Source: Pseudomonadota bacterium | Lineage (GTDB): Bacteria; Pseudomonadota; Gammaproteobacteria; Steroidobacterales; JBCBZW01 | Direction of reading: 5' to 3' | DNA length: 64,000 nucleotides | Assembly: GCA_039193195.1 (NCBI GenBank) | Contig: JBCCWS010000005.1 | Location: forward strand, 56,172-120,171 | Part shown: piece by piece, positions 48,457 through 58,621 of the stretch | Position numbering within the stretch: position 1 is the stretch's first letter | Layout: each line of letters starts with the position of its first letter | Program-made: the position numbers and the translations under genes | The notes under the pieces: model-generated | Told to the model about the DNA's origin: nothing | Database searches by the model: none | The model's input: only the letters and a program-made list of their open reading frames with translations

Positions 48457-50256
48457 ATGAAAGATCAAAACGTCTTCATCTCCTACAGCCACAAGGATTT
48501 GGCGTGGGCGAAGCTCCTAGCGGAGGAGCCGATCTCCACCACCAGTGGACGCGCGGTCACGGCCATCGACTTCCGGGTGCTCCTCCCAGGGGACCATTTC
48601 GACGAGAAGTTGGAGGCGCAGGTCAAGGCGGCCGACCTCGTGGTTTGCTTGGTAAGCAGCGACTTCCTTAAGTCCGAGTACATCAAGGCCAAGGAAATCA
48701 ACTGGATGTTGCAAAGTCCACAGGGTGGGAAGCAGATCGTCTGGGTGCCGCTGGGTGCCCCTGGGCGGGCGCGACTTTCGCCCGAGGAGCAGGCGATTTG
48801 GGCCGATCTGCAAACGCGGCACTACGACATCAAGTTGCCGCGGCATCCGCCTGTGGGCAACGACAGGGCGGCCGCTGAGCTGATTCAGCGCCTGAGCGGG
48901 ACGATACTGCGCCGCCTCGATCCCATTGGCACAGAGCTGCAGAAGCGGCTGAAGGACTTCAGGGATCTGACCTTCGTCGCGCAGAGTGAGTTCGCAAAGG
49001 TGTACTCGGCGGTCGGCTGCGCGACGGGCATCAAGGTGGCGATAAAGACGCCCGCCACCAGCGACATGCGCACGGGATTCAGGCGCTCCCTACAGCGTGC
49101 TTCGGCGCTTTCCTCGATACCTAACATCGTCTCCGTGTATCAGGCAGTGGACGACAAAGACCCCCCGTTCTGCATGATGGGGTTCATCGAAGGGCCGACC
49201 CTGGCGCAGTGCATTGAGGATCATCACAGGGAGCGCAAGCGAATCGACTTCGCCAGCATCCGGCACGTCCTGCTCAAGCTGGCCCTGGCTCTTCGCGCCG
49301 CGCACCTTCGCGAGTTGCCGCACCTGAACTTGACGGCTTCGAACGTGATGCTCGGCGAGCATTGGGAGCCTCACCTAACGCCCATGCCCAGGTTGCCGTC
49401 AGAGGACCTTCAAGGCGACGAGGAGTACGAGCGCTATACGGCGCCCGAGCGGCGTAAGGGGCAGGGCTGGGAGCCGGAGAGTGCGGATATCTTCGCGCTC
49501 GGCCGCCTCGGTCTGGAGATGCTTGCTGCAGGTGCCTCTGAAGTGGCGCCGCAGGAGCTGGGTCAGGCAGGGGACGGCTGTTCTATTCGCGCCCTGCGGC
49601 CTGAGTGTCCGGTGAGTCTCGAGCGCGCCGTCGAGCAAATGCGTGCTGAAGACCCGGAGCAGCGAGCGAGGTCGCTGGACGTGGCGCTCTCTGCCCTCAT
49701 GTGGTTCCCCGATGCGAAGCTCGGTAAGGTGGAGCTCAGCTGGGCGCGATGCCGCGCTCGCTCCCAGTCCGGTGCTGCGGACGCGCCGCGATTCTTCGAG
49801 AAGTTCTACGACGAGTTTTTTGAAAGCCAGCCCGAGGCTAAGGAACTCTTTGCCAACAGGAAAGACCCGCGCCAGTCTCGGCGCATGGATTTGCTCGTGA
49901 GCGATGCGGTGCGGCACCTGTTCATCTACTACGACATCAACGCTCGTCTGGGAGGCGTACCGGATGAGCTCAATCCGCTCGCCGGACAAGCTCGCAGCCA
50001 CGTGAGAATGGGCGCCAAGCCAAGCTTTTTCGATGCTTTTTCCCGCGCCCTCATCGACACGGTTCGGTTGTTCGACCCGGAAATCGCCGAAGGTGACACC
50101 AATTCGCCGATCCTGGAGGCGTGGGAAGACGTGCTCAAACCCGGGACCAACTACATGTATCGAACGGCCCGTCCCAACCAGCAGTGCACGCCTCTGCCCG
50201 ATACGCCAGCGCCAGGCGAAAAGGCTGAGTTGCCGAGAGAGTCAACGCGCCACTAG
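48457..50256 (+). CDS. TIR - protein-kinase-like (pseudokinase) - globin fusion
   Basis: TIR VFISYSHKD; kinase VAIK, HLNLTASN, YTAPE, ADIFALG; globin FYDEFFESQPEAKELF...RSHVRMG...EAW. Confidence 0.8.
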   Translation: MKDQNVFISYSHKDLAWAKLLAEEPISTTSGRAVTAIDFRVLLPGDHFDEKLEAQVKAADLVVCLVSSDFLKSEYIKAKEINWMLQSPQGGKQIVWVPLGAPGRARLSPEEQAIWADLQTRHYDIKLPRHPPVGNDRAAAELIQRLSGTILRRLDPIGTELQKRLKDFRDLTFVAQSEFAKVYSAVGCATGIKVAIKTPATSDMRTGFRRSLQRASALSSIPNIVSVYQAVDDKDPPFCMMGFIEGPTLAQCIEDHHRERKRIDFASIRHVLLKLALALRAAHLRELPHLNLTASNVMLGEHWEPHLTPMPRLPSEDLQGDEEYERYTAPERRKGQGWEPESADIFALGRLGLEMLAAGASEVAPQELGQAGDGCSIRALRPECPVSLERAVEQMRAEDPEQRARSLDVALSALMWFPDAKLGKVELSWARCRARSQSGAADAPRFFEKFYDEFFESQPEAKELFANRKDPRQSRRMDLLVSDAVRHLFIYYDINARLGGVPDELNPLAGQARSHVRMGAKPSFFDAFSRALIDTVRLFDPEIAEGDTNSPILEAWEDVLKPGTNYMYRTARPNQQCTPLPDTPAPGEKAELPRESTRH

Positions 50257-50422
50257 CCTGCGTACTCTCTACATCAGCCGCTTACACCGCGGTCGCAGTG
50301 GCCGAGATCTAAGGCGCAGTGAACTGCCTGTTCTCCTGGGAACAGCGCCGTGCTGGCGGTACCGCCTCAAGGCCATTGCGGAGGAACCGAGGCTCGCTTT
50401 CCCGATCCCAGATGACATTCGG

Positions 50423-51202
50423 TTAACCGCGAAGAAAGCCTGGTACCCCACCGGCCGTTCGGATTCAAATCACCTTCGATTCACGCTCCTGTAGCCTCTC
50501 AATGGAGTTCAGCCTCTCGAGGAAGGGCAGACCGCTCCTTGGTAACTGCAATATCTTGAATCCCCGTGCCCCGGTCGGGGTACCGGCCGAATCGACATGG
50601 AGATTTACGCATCCTCCCATCACAAAGCGCAGTGACACGCGAGTATGCTTGTCCGTGCGCACGACATCACCTACGTAAACAGGGGCGCCCACGCCGACAC
50701 ACTGAAATCCAAGACCTTCGCCTCTGTCGATTTGTACTCGAGTGCTCTGCCCCTGAACAAGGCCTCTGATCTCCTGTATGTAGGCGACAGGCTTCCGTGG
50801 AAAGATAGTCTGTGCGCCTTCAGGGTCAACGAAATTGACGGGATCGGACGCAGCACAGCTGTACAGGTTGTTGGTGCTTCCTTGAAAACCGATCGGGTCC
50901 TTGCGCGTCCACTGCCCCGAGATGGCGTCGTATTCCCTAAAGCCGAATTGCGTGAGCGCTGTGTGCTGGTCGTAGAGGCTGCCGGCAAAGCCGAAGGGTT
51001 GGAAACCAGGGTTGGTGTCGGCGATGACACGCCCCCACGTGTCGTTGTCGATGCGCTGAATTATCTCTCCGCTGGCGATATCGACGATTAGGCGAATGCT
51101 GCCCAGGTGATCGACGATCACTCTGTACCTGGCGCTGCCGGCATCCAGCGCCGCCGCGTCGGAAAGCGAGTCAACGGCATCGAAACCGTTGCGTGGCTGT
51201 AC
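50423..51202 (-). pseudogene. Decayed Rhs (RHS-associated core) gene with FecR-like C-terminal extension
   Basis: DHLGSIRL...FQPFGFAG.LYD...DPIG...DPVNFVDPEG core; no upstream YD repeats; in-frame TGA at 50465. Confidence 0.75.
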
Positions 51203-51379
51203 GCCGCCGTGAAGGTCGATGACTTCAAGCAAGCGGGCGAGGCGCAGTACACCGAGCTTCAGCATGAGATGATGGACTTCTGGCCGCAGGCCGCCTCCTC
51301 GATAGAGCCTCTGCGGCAGAGCGATTTCATTGCGGCGACTTACCGCGACGTCTGGACGCCGAGACCCTTCGAAGGGCGT

Positions 51380-51544
51380 CTAGTGTCCTGAGTTAGAAGT
51401 TCGTTGATGAATTCGCGGCACCCTTTCGCCCCTGAACACGTTGCTCCTCCTCCCGTGGGACCTGCCACGCTCGTCCTCGCGCCGCGCTCAGGGACAAAAA
51501 CTCGCGTGCGAATTCATCAACGAACCTCCAACTCAGGACACTAG
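51380..51544. mobile_element. 165-bp palindromic MITE-like repeat, copy 3 (opposite orientation to copies 1 and 2)
   Basis: Near-identical reverse complement of 24745-24909; CTAG at both ends. Confidence 0.85.
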
Positions 51545-52178
51545 TCGCTGTCGGTGATATCTGTCATGCGACAGGCCCGCAGTTGGGTCAGGGATGCACG
51601 ATGGCGTTGCTGGACGCGCAACTACTGGCGTGCTGCCTGCAATAAGGTGGGTGCGAACTGGGTCGTAAGCTCCAGCGATGGTGGCATCTCAGATCTCGGC
51701 AACTGCAATACGTGCGGCAGCTAAGCCGCTTGCTGACACCGCTTTACCAGTCCGATCACCGATGGCTTGGCGTGCTCCGCAATGCGGTGGTGGCGCCGAT
51801 AGGTCGCCTGCCCGGTTTCTACACGCTGCAACTGAAGACGTTGGCATCGGAAGTGTTCCTGGCAGGTGTCGATTAGCGGGCAGTTCGCGTCAGGATGATC
51901 CACGTGGAGATGTTTAGGATGTAATGCGCGTAGTCGGCCCTGATGCGGCTTTCCGTCACCAGTTGCGCTAGCTTGACATGCTGGAAGATCTTCCCTTTGC
52001 GCCCGTCGCGCGTACTCCATCGGCGGCGACGGCTTGTTCGCCGAACACTAAGCTGCTCGATGGCGATCGCCGCCTCACGCTCTGCGCGCAGACATGTTCG
52101 CGAACTCGCGGGCGAGCATCGAGCCTTAATGCCGCAGTGGCCGATCGGGTGGGATCGGCGTACCTGACGCCCGGGCAC

Positions 52179-52601
52179 TTAGCCTCGACCACGAGCTACT
52201 CCTCTCTGCTTGCGCTTCGCCTTTTCTCGCAGTGCCGCGATCACCTGCGCTATCTCGTGTACTTTAGGGTCGTCGGGCAAGTACATCAGCTCGATTGGGT
52301 CGCCCTCTGAGTAGCCAGGGCCGCCAACTTCTCCGATATGCCGCTGGCCGTGTTGATCGGTGTATTCGAAGCTGGAGTACGTGCGCATGTAACCCCCGGA
52401 TCGATCGCGCCTAACGCGAGTGATCGTGCCGGTAATGGGCACGCCGTCAGGGAGTAGGAGCTTGATGTAGTCCACCTTCTGCTTCATGCCGAAGAAGAAG
52501 CGTTTCACCACCCAAAACAGCACTGCGAAGGGCAGGCAGAACACTATGAGCATGCCGAGGATGGCAAACAGCGCGGGAACACCTTCGAGGCTCAAAGACA
52601 C
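52179..52601 (-). CDS. Membrane-anchored hypothetical protein (DUF3592-like)
   Basis: N-terminal TM helix; GTITRV...FEYTD..G...GDPIELMYLPDDP. Confidence 0.65.
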   Translation of the reverse strand: MSLSLEGVPALFAILGMLIVFCLPFAVLFWVVKRFFFGMKQKVDYIKLLLPDGVPITGTITRVRRDRSGGYMRTYSSFEYTDQHGQRHIGEVGGPGYSEGDPIELMYLPDDPKVHEIAQVIAALREKAKRKQRGVARGRG

Positions 52602-52861
52602 AATCCCTGCAAGTCTTCGGTAGGCAATACCATCTGCGCAGGCCGGGGCGAGGAGATGGCGCGACGATACTCCAACAGTACCAGTTGTTCGCCGGTCCGT
52701 CTGGTACGATCTAGGCGAGGCTGCTTTGGGGGGAGGGCTGCGGCTCGGCTGCGGTCAAACCGGGTACGGCGAGAGGCTTGCGACCCACCTATCCCCCTCG
52801 CTCACGTGTCTGGGATACCGGGTTCTAGCACCGACATGCACCGGTTGTCATGAGAGCAGCC

Positions 52862-53848
<987 letters not shown>

Positions 53849-54018
53849 GGAGGATCTCCTCTTGTTCGATGGGTGCATCCTACGCAGGCGGTCGCTGGCG
53901 CCTCTAGTCCGAAAGTGCCGAGTGTTTGCCTAATCCTGCCGAACCGGGTGGCAAACACCGTGTCGGTCTGAGAGCGTGCGATACTGACGCAGCGAGTGGG
54001 CGCAGGCGGAGTGATACG

Positions 54019-54942
54019 ATGGCGAGCACTATCGACATGGGCGTGGCAGCGGCTGCGCTGGTTGCTGAGCTCGGCGGCTTTGCTAAGCAAACTGGCCGCA
54101 ACCCAACACCCCTACAAGCACTTTCGGTGTTCCACGCGGACCGGCCGGCAGCACGCATTCCCGTGCTCTATGAGCCATGCGTGTGCTTCGTCGGCGCTGG
54201 CCGCAAGCGCGTGTTTCTCGATCGCACCGAGTACACCTACGATCCGTTGAACTACTTGGTCGTCGGTGTGCCCTTGCCAGTGGAGGCGGAGATCACCGAA
54301 GCCACTGCGCAGGAACCCTTTCTTTCCCTGCGCTTGGCCATCGACCTTGCGATGCTCGCCGAGCTAGTTGCCGAACTTGGCGAGACACCTGGCGACACGC
54401 ACCTTACGCCGCGCGGCATCTACGCCTCTCCCCTAACGGCGGACATCTCCACTGGCGTGTTACGCCTGATGCGAGCCCTTCGAACGCCGGTGGACCAGCG
54501 CGTGTTGGCGCCTATGGCGGAGCGCGAGCTGCTCTATCACTTGCTGCAAGGCGAGCAGGGACACGCTCTGCGCGCGATCGCCGCTCGCGACGGTCGGGCC
54601 CATCGTATCGGTGCCACCTTGAGGTTCATGGAGCAGCACTACGCAACGCCACTCGCGGTGGACGAGCTTGCCGAGCGCGCATTCATGAGCGCCTCCACCT
54701 ACCACCACAACTTCAAGGCCCTGACGGGTATGTCGCCGCTGCAGTACCTGAAGATGATTCGTCTGCATAGAGCGCGCTTGCTGCTCCTGCACGAGGGCGC
54801 GACGGCGGGGGGTGCGGCGCATGCGGTGGGCTACAACAGCCAGTCGCAGTTCACCCGTGAGTTCCGGCGCCGCTTTGGTAACTCACCGATCGGGGAGCGA
54901 AAGCGCTTGCGGGGCGCCTACCCGACCAATGCGACGGGCTAG
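54019..54942 (+). CDS. AraC-family regulator (YqhC-like), divergent from the AKR
   Basis: AraC N-domain LYEPCVC; C-terminal SPLQYLK...VGYNSQSQFTREFRRRFG. Confidence 0.92.
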   Translation: MASTIDMGVAAAALVAELGGFAKQTGRNPTPLQALSVFHADRPAARIPVLYEPCVCFVGAGRKRVFLDRTEYTYDPLNYLVVGVPLPVEAEITEATAQEPFLSLRLAIDLAMLAELVAELGETPGDTHLTPRGIYASPLTADISTGVLRLMRALRTPVDQRVLAPMAERELLYHLLQGEQGHALRAIAARDGRAHRIGATLRFMEQHYATPLAVDELAERAFMSASTYHHNFKALTGMSPLQYLKMIRLHRARLLLLHEGATAGGAAHAVGYNSQSQFTREFRRRFGNSPIGERKRLRGAYPTNATG

Positions 54943-55211
54943 TGGGCCGCTTGGTAAGTAAGGTAGCGCTCAGTCTGCGTAGGGGCAGCGTCAGCAAGGC
55001 GTGTGGCGCAGCCAATGGCATCGCCATTGGCAAGCGACCGCCTTGCCCTGGCGCCCATGCTACTCGCTGAGCGTCACCTTGTTTACCAAGCGGCCCACTA
55101 GGCGGTAGTCCGAATCCGCGACTGACGTCAGGCACCCGTCGGACGGTGTGTCGGCGGGGTAAGTTGCTGGTAGAGTGCGGGGGTCGTCCATCGCAGCGAA
55201 AGGAAACCCGC

Positions 55212-56138
55212 ATGTGCCGCCTCCCGGTCAAGCTGTCTGCCCTGGTCCTCCTCACGGCCCTCGCAAACCCGCTTCTTGCGGATGACGACGAGCCGTCCCT
55301 GCTCTGGGAAGCCGCAGGGTTTGAGGCCCCGGAATCGGTTCGCTACGACGCTGAGCGTGAGCGCCTGTACGTGTCGAACATCAACGGCAACCCGACCGAC
55401 AAGGACGGCAACGGTTACCTGTCCTTGCTCTCGCCCAGCGGTGAGGTGCTGATGGCTCGATGGTTGGCCGGTTTCGACGCGCCCAAGGGCATGGCGCTCG
55501 TTGGGAAGAAGCTCTATGTGAGCGACATCGATCGCCTGGTGGTGGTAGACGTAGAGGCGGCGGAGATCGTCGCTACCTACGATGCGCCTGAGGCAAAGTT
55601 CCTAAACGACGTTACGGCGGATGCGAGCGGCCGCGTCTACGTCTCTGACATGGGTGATAACACGATCTACCGGCTGAACGGCACAGCGTTTGACGTCTGG
55701 TTGCGCGATTCGGCCCTCGATAGTCCCAACGGTCTGCTGGCCGAGGAAGATCGGTTGCTGGTGGCGAGTTGGGGCGTGGTCGGGCAGGGCGCGGATGTGC
55801 AGTTGGGCGTGATGCGGGCGGTGAGTTGGGAGGATCGCTCGGTGTCAGCGCTAGATGGGGCCGGCATTGGTCACCTGGACGGCCTCGAGAAGCTGCCTAG
55901 CGCGGAAGATGCCGAGGGCGAGGGGGACGGTCAGTACCTCATCACCGATTGGGTAAATGGCGTGCTGTTTACCTGGGCGGAGGGGGACGACGGGGATAGC
56001 AAGTTGACGCTTGCCCTCGATCTGCCGGCCGGCAGTGCCGATATCGGTACCCTCCCGGGTGAGGGTGTGGTCATCGTGCCGCTCATGAAGGATGGCATCG
56101 TGCAGGCTTACAGCTTGCCGGACGATGAGGATGAATGA
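55212..56138 (+). CDS. Secreted SMP-30/gluconolactonase-like beta-propeller protein
   Basis: Signal peptide; PES, APKGM, FLND, PNGL, LDGL blades. Confidence 0.8.
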   Translation: MCRLPVKLSALVLLTALANPLLADDDEPSLLWEAAGFEAPESVRYDAERERLYVSNINGNPTDKDGNGYLSLLSPSGEVLMARWLAGFDAPKGMALVGKKLYVSDIDRLVVVDVEAAEIVATYDAPEAKFLNDVTADASGRVYVSDMGDNTIYRLNGTAFDVWLRDSALDSPNGLLAEEDRLLVASWGVVGQGADVQLGVMRAVSWEDRSVSALDGAGIGHLDGLEKLPSAEDAEGEGDGQYLITDWVNGVLFTWAEGDDGDSKLTLALDLPAGSADIGTLPGEGVVIVPLMKDGIVQAYSLPDDEDE

Positions 56139-56177
56139 GTGGGGGGTGACTCTCGCCGTGGGCGCCGATCAGACCGC

Positions 56178-56453
56178 CTACGCTTGGTGTCCAAAGCGTC
56201 TCGCGGCTCGGGCGCGCGCTTTTTCGGCCTCCAACTCTCGATTGCGCGGGGGTTGTGAGGTTACGAGAGAGTCGAGCAGCTGCTCTGCGGCCGCTGCCAC
56301 CGCGTCCACTGCATCCTCGAAGGCCTGCGCGTTCGCTCGGGAGGGGCGCGCACTGCCGCTGAGCTTGCGTACGAACTGCAGTGCCGCCGCGCGGATCTCT
56401 TCCTTCGTGGCCGGCGGGTCGAAGTTGAAAAGGGTCTTGATGTTTCGGCACAT
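56178..56453 (-). CDS. DUF2277 family protein
   Basis: MCRNIKTLFNFDPPAT..EIRAAALQFVRKLSG signature. Confidence 0.88.
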   Translation of the reverse strand: MCRNIKTLFNFDPPATKEEIRAAALQFVRKLSGSARPSRANAQAFEDAVDAVAAAAEQLLDSLVTSQPPRNRELEAEKARARAARRFGHQA

Positions 56454-56615
56454 TCCCTAGCCTCCTTGTTTGTGGTCCTGTCCGAACGCGCAAGCAGGGT
56501 GGCGGCGTGCTTGCCCGCGGCGGCTTCGACTGAACAGACAGGCTGCGCCTAAGCCGCTTGCCGCGTAAAGTGCGGCGAGATAGCGTGATGCGAAGTTATC
56601 TTCAACAGCAGTCGA

Positions 56616-57425
56616 ATGAGCGACCTCCTGCAACATCTTCGCCCGAGTCGCACCACCCTGTGGCTGCTCGCCAGCTGGTTGGTCCTCAGTCTCACGCAGA
56701 CCCTGCACTTCTATACCTACTTCGAGCAGTCCCTGTGGGATTCGGTGCGCTGGAGCTTCCGCGACTGGTTCGTGTGGTACCTGATCTTCTGGGGCGTGTT
56801 CGAGCTGTGTAAGGGTCGCCAGGCCTTCGCCAGATTCTCGGTGTTCTCGACCCTGCTGGTCGGCGCCATCGCCGTGGCCAGCGGTGTGCTGCAGACTGCG
56901 ATCATCACCAGCCTCGACTTCATCGCCGGCACGGCGAGCCGACCGTTTTGGGAGGACTTCAGCCACTTCTATGCCAAGCGTTGGTTGCAGTACCTGTTTA
57001 TCTTCGCCCTGTTCTGGATGCTGCTGCTGAATCGGATCGTGGCGGGGACGCCGGCGCCGGTCCCATCCGCCGCCGCGGCGCCGAAACCGCAACGGATCAG
57101 AATTGATGATGGCAAGCAGCACCACTGGGTTGCCTACGGCGAGGTCTTGTCCGTGGAGGCGGCCGGCAACTACGTGTGCTTTCACACCACCAGCGGACAG
57201 CTGATCGCGCGCGGCACCTTGAAGGCGCTCCAAGCGCAGGAGCAAGTGCTGCACCGGGTCAGCCGCTCGCGGATGGTTAATCCTGGACTGGTAGCCGCAA
57301 CGCGTAGATCGTCGAATGGCGGGATGGACCTCGTCCTTACCGACGGCAGCGTCGTGCCCGTCGGCCCCAGCTATCGGCGCCAGGTGAAGGCGCTGCTCGG
57401 GCTCCCGGGCGGCGCTACCTCCTAG
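56616..57425 (+). CDS. Membrane-bound LytTR-domain regulator
   Basis: Four TM segments then VEAAGNYV...RVSRS...VPVGPSYR. Confidence 0.85.
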   Translation: MSDLLQHLRPSRTTLWLLASWLVLSLTQTLHFYTYFEQSLWDSVRWSFRDWFVWYLIFWGVFELCKGRQAFARFSVFSTLLVGAIAVASGVLQTAIITSLDFIAGTASRPFWEDFSHFYAKRWLQYLFIFALFWMLLLNRIVAGTPAPVPSAAAAPKPQRIRIDDGKQHHWVAYGEVLSVEAAGNYVCFHTTSGQLIARGTLKALQAQEQVLHRVSRSRMVNPGLVAATRRSSNGGMDLVLTDGSVVPVGPSYRRQVKALLGLPGGATS

Positions 57426-57428
57426 GCG

Positions 57429-57463
57429 CTTCGCCCCGAATCTTCCGTTCTTCGTCCCAAATC
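57429..57463 (+). promoter_or_regulatory. Probable LytTR binding site (direct repeat, 21-bp period)
   Basis: CTTCGCCCCGAATC (57429-57442) and CTTCGTCCCAAATC (57450-57463). Confidence 0.6.
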
Positions 57464-57527
57464 GCTCGGCACACGCGAGGATTCACCGTAGCGTCGACCC
57501 ATCACCGGCAGCAGCAGTGAGAGCGAC

Positions 57528-58610
57528 GTGAAAAGGCGTGCATTTCTAGCGGCGAGTAGTGCCCTCGGGCTTACCACCGGGCTTGCGGCCCTCGGCGGCA
57601 TCCAGGGCACCAGGGTGCTGGTCCTCGGCGGCACGGGGTTCTTCGGTCCAGTGCTGGTCAGGGAGCTGCTGCGCAACGGCGCCAATGTCACCCTGTTCAA
57701 CCGCGGTCAGACCAACCCCCACCTGTTTCCCCAAATCGAGAAGATTCGCGGCGATCGCGAGCTGCCCGATGCCCGTGGCCTTGTCGCTCTCGCCGAGTCG
57801 CGAGCGCGCTGGGACTGGGTGGTCGATACCTGGCAGGGGTCCTCGGCATGTGTCGCCGACACGGCTCGCCTGCTGCACGGGCGCGTCGAGCAGTATCAGT
57901 ACGTCTCTACTGTGTCCGTCTACGACAAATGGGATCGCATCGGCATCCAGGAGAGCGAACCGCTCAACCCCGTGCCGCCGGGTCCGGAACCGCTGGTCAG
58001 TCCCCATCGGTATGCCCTGCGCAAGACCCTCTCCGAGCAGCTGCTAGGAGAGCTGCTACCTGAGCGTAGCGTCTTCTTCCGCTCTCACGGCATGCGTGGT
58101 TACCCGAACTCAGCGCCAAAGCATGAGCCTTATTGGCAGGTGAAGATCATGCGCGGGGGCGATCTAGTGCTACCCGCTGATATCGAGTACTACCAGGTCA
58201 CCGACATGGTGAGCCTGGCGCGTTTCATGATCCACTGCGGCCGCACGCAGCAAACGGGGCCTTTCAACGTGTGTTACCCACCTATACGTCTTCGGAGGTT
58301 TATCGAGGGTATCGTGCGAGATACGCGCAGCGGCGTTCGCCTGCATTGGATTCCGCAGGAGTTTCTGCTCGCTCACCAGGTGCGTCTGTTGCGTGGGACG
58401 CCTGCCGGGCGCTACCGCTTCGACGTGTCCAAGGCACTGGCGGCGGGACTTGAGAACCGATCACTCAGCGAGCTGCTGGCCGATCAGCTCCAAGGCTATC
58501 GGGACCGTCACCCTGGCGATGATTTCCGCTTTGGTGGCGAAGGGACATCGACGATTTCCAGCCAACGGGAGCAAGAGATCATTCGCCTGTGGCGCGAGCG
58601 TCGCGGTTGA
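57528..58610 (+). CDS. Tat-signal NAD-dependent epimerase/dehydratase family protein
   Basis: KRRAFL twin-arginine motif; LVLGGTGFFG, FNRG, YALRK. Confidence 0.85.
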   Translation: MKRRAFLAASSALGLTTGLAALGGIQGTRVLVLGGTGFFGPVLVRELLRNGANVTLFNRGQTNPHLFPQIEKIRGDRELPDARGLVALAESRARWDWVVDTWQGSSACVADTARLLHGRVEQYQYVSTVSVYDKWDRIGIQESEPLNPVPPGPEPLVSPHRYALRKTLSEQLLGELLPERSVFFRSHGMRGYPNSAPKHEPYWQVKIMRGGDLVLPADIEYYQVTDMVSLARFMIHCGRTQQTGPFNVCYPPIRLRRFIEGIVRDTRSGVRLHWIPQEFLLAHQVRLLRGTPAGRYRFDVSKALAAGLENRSLSELLADQLQGYRDRHPGDDFRFGGEGTSTISSQREQEIIRLWRERRG

Positions 58611-58621
58611 GTGTCGCTGCC

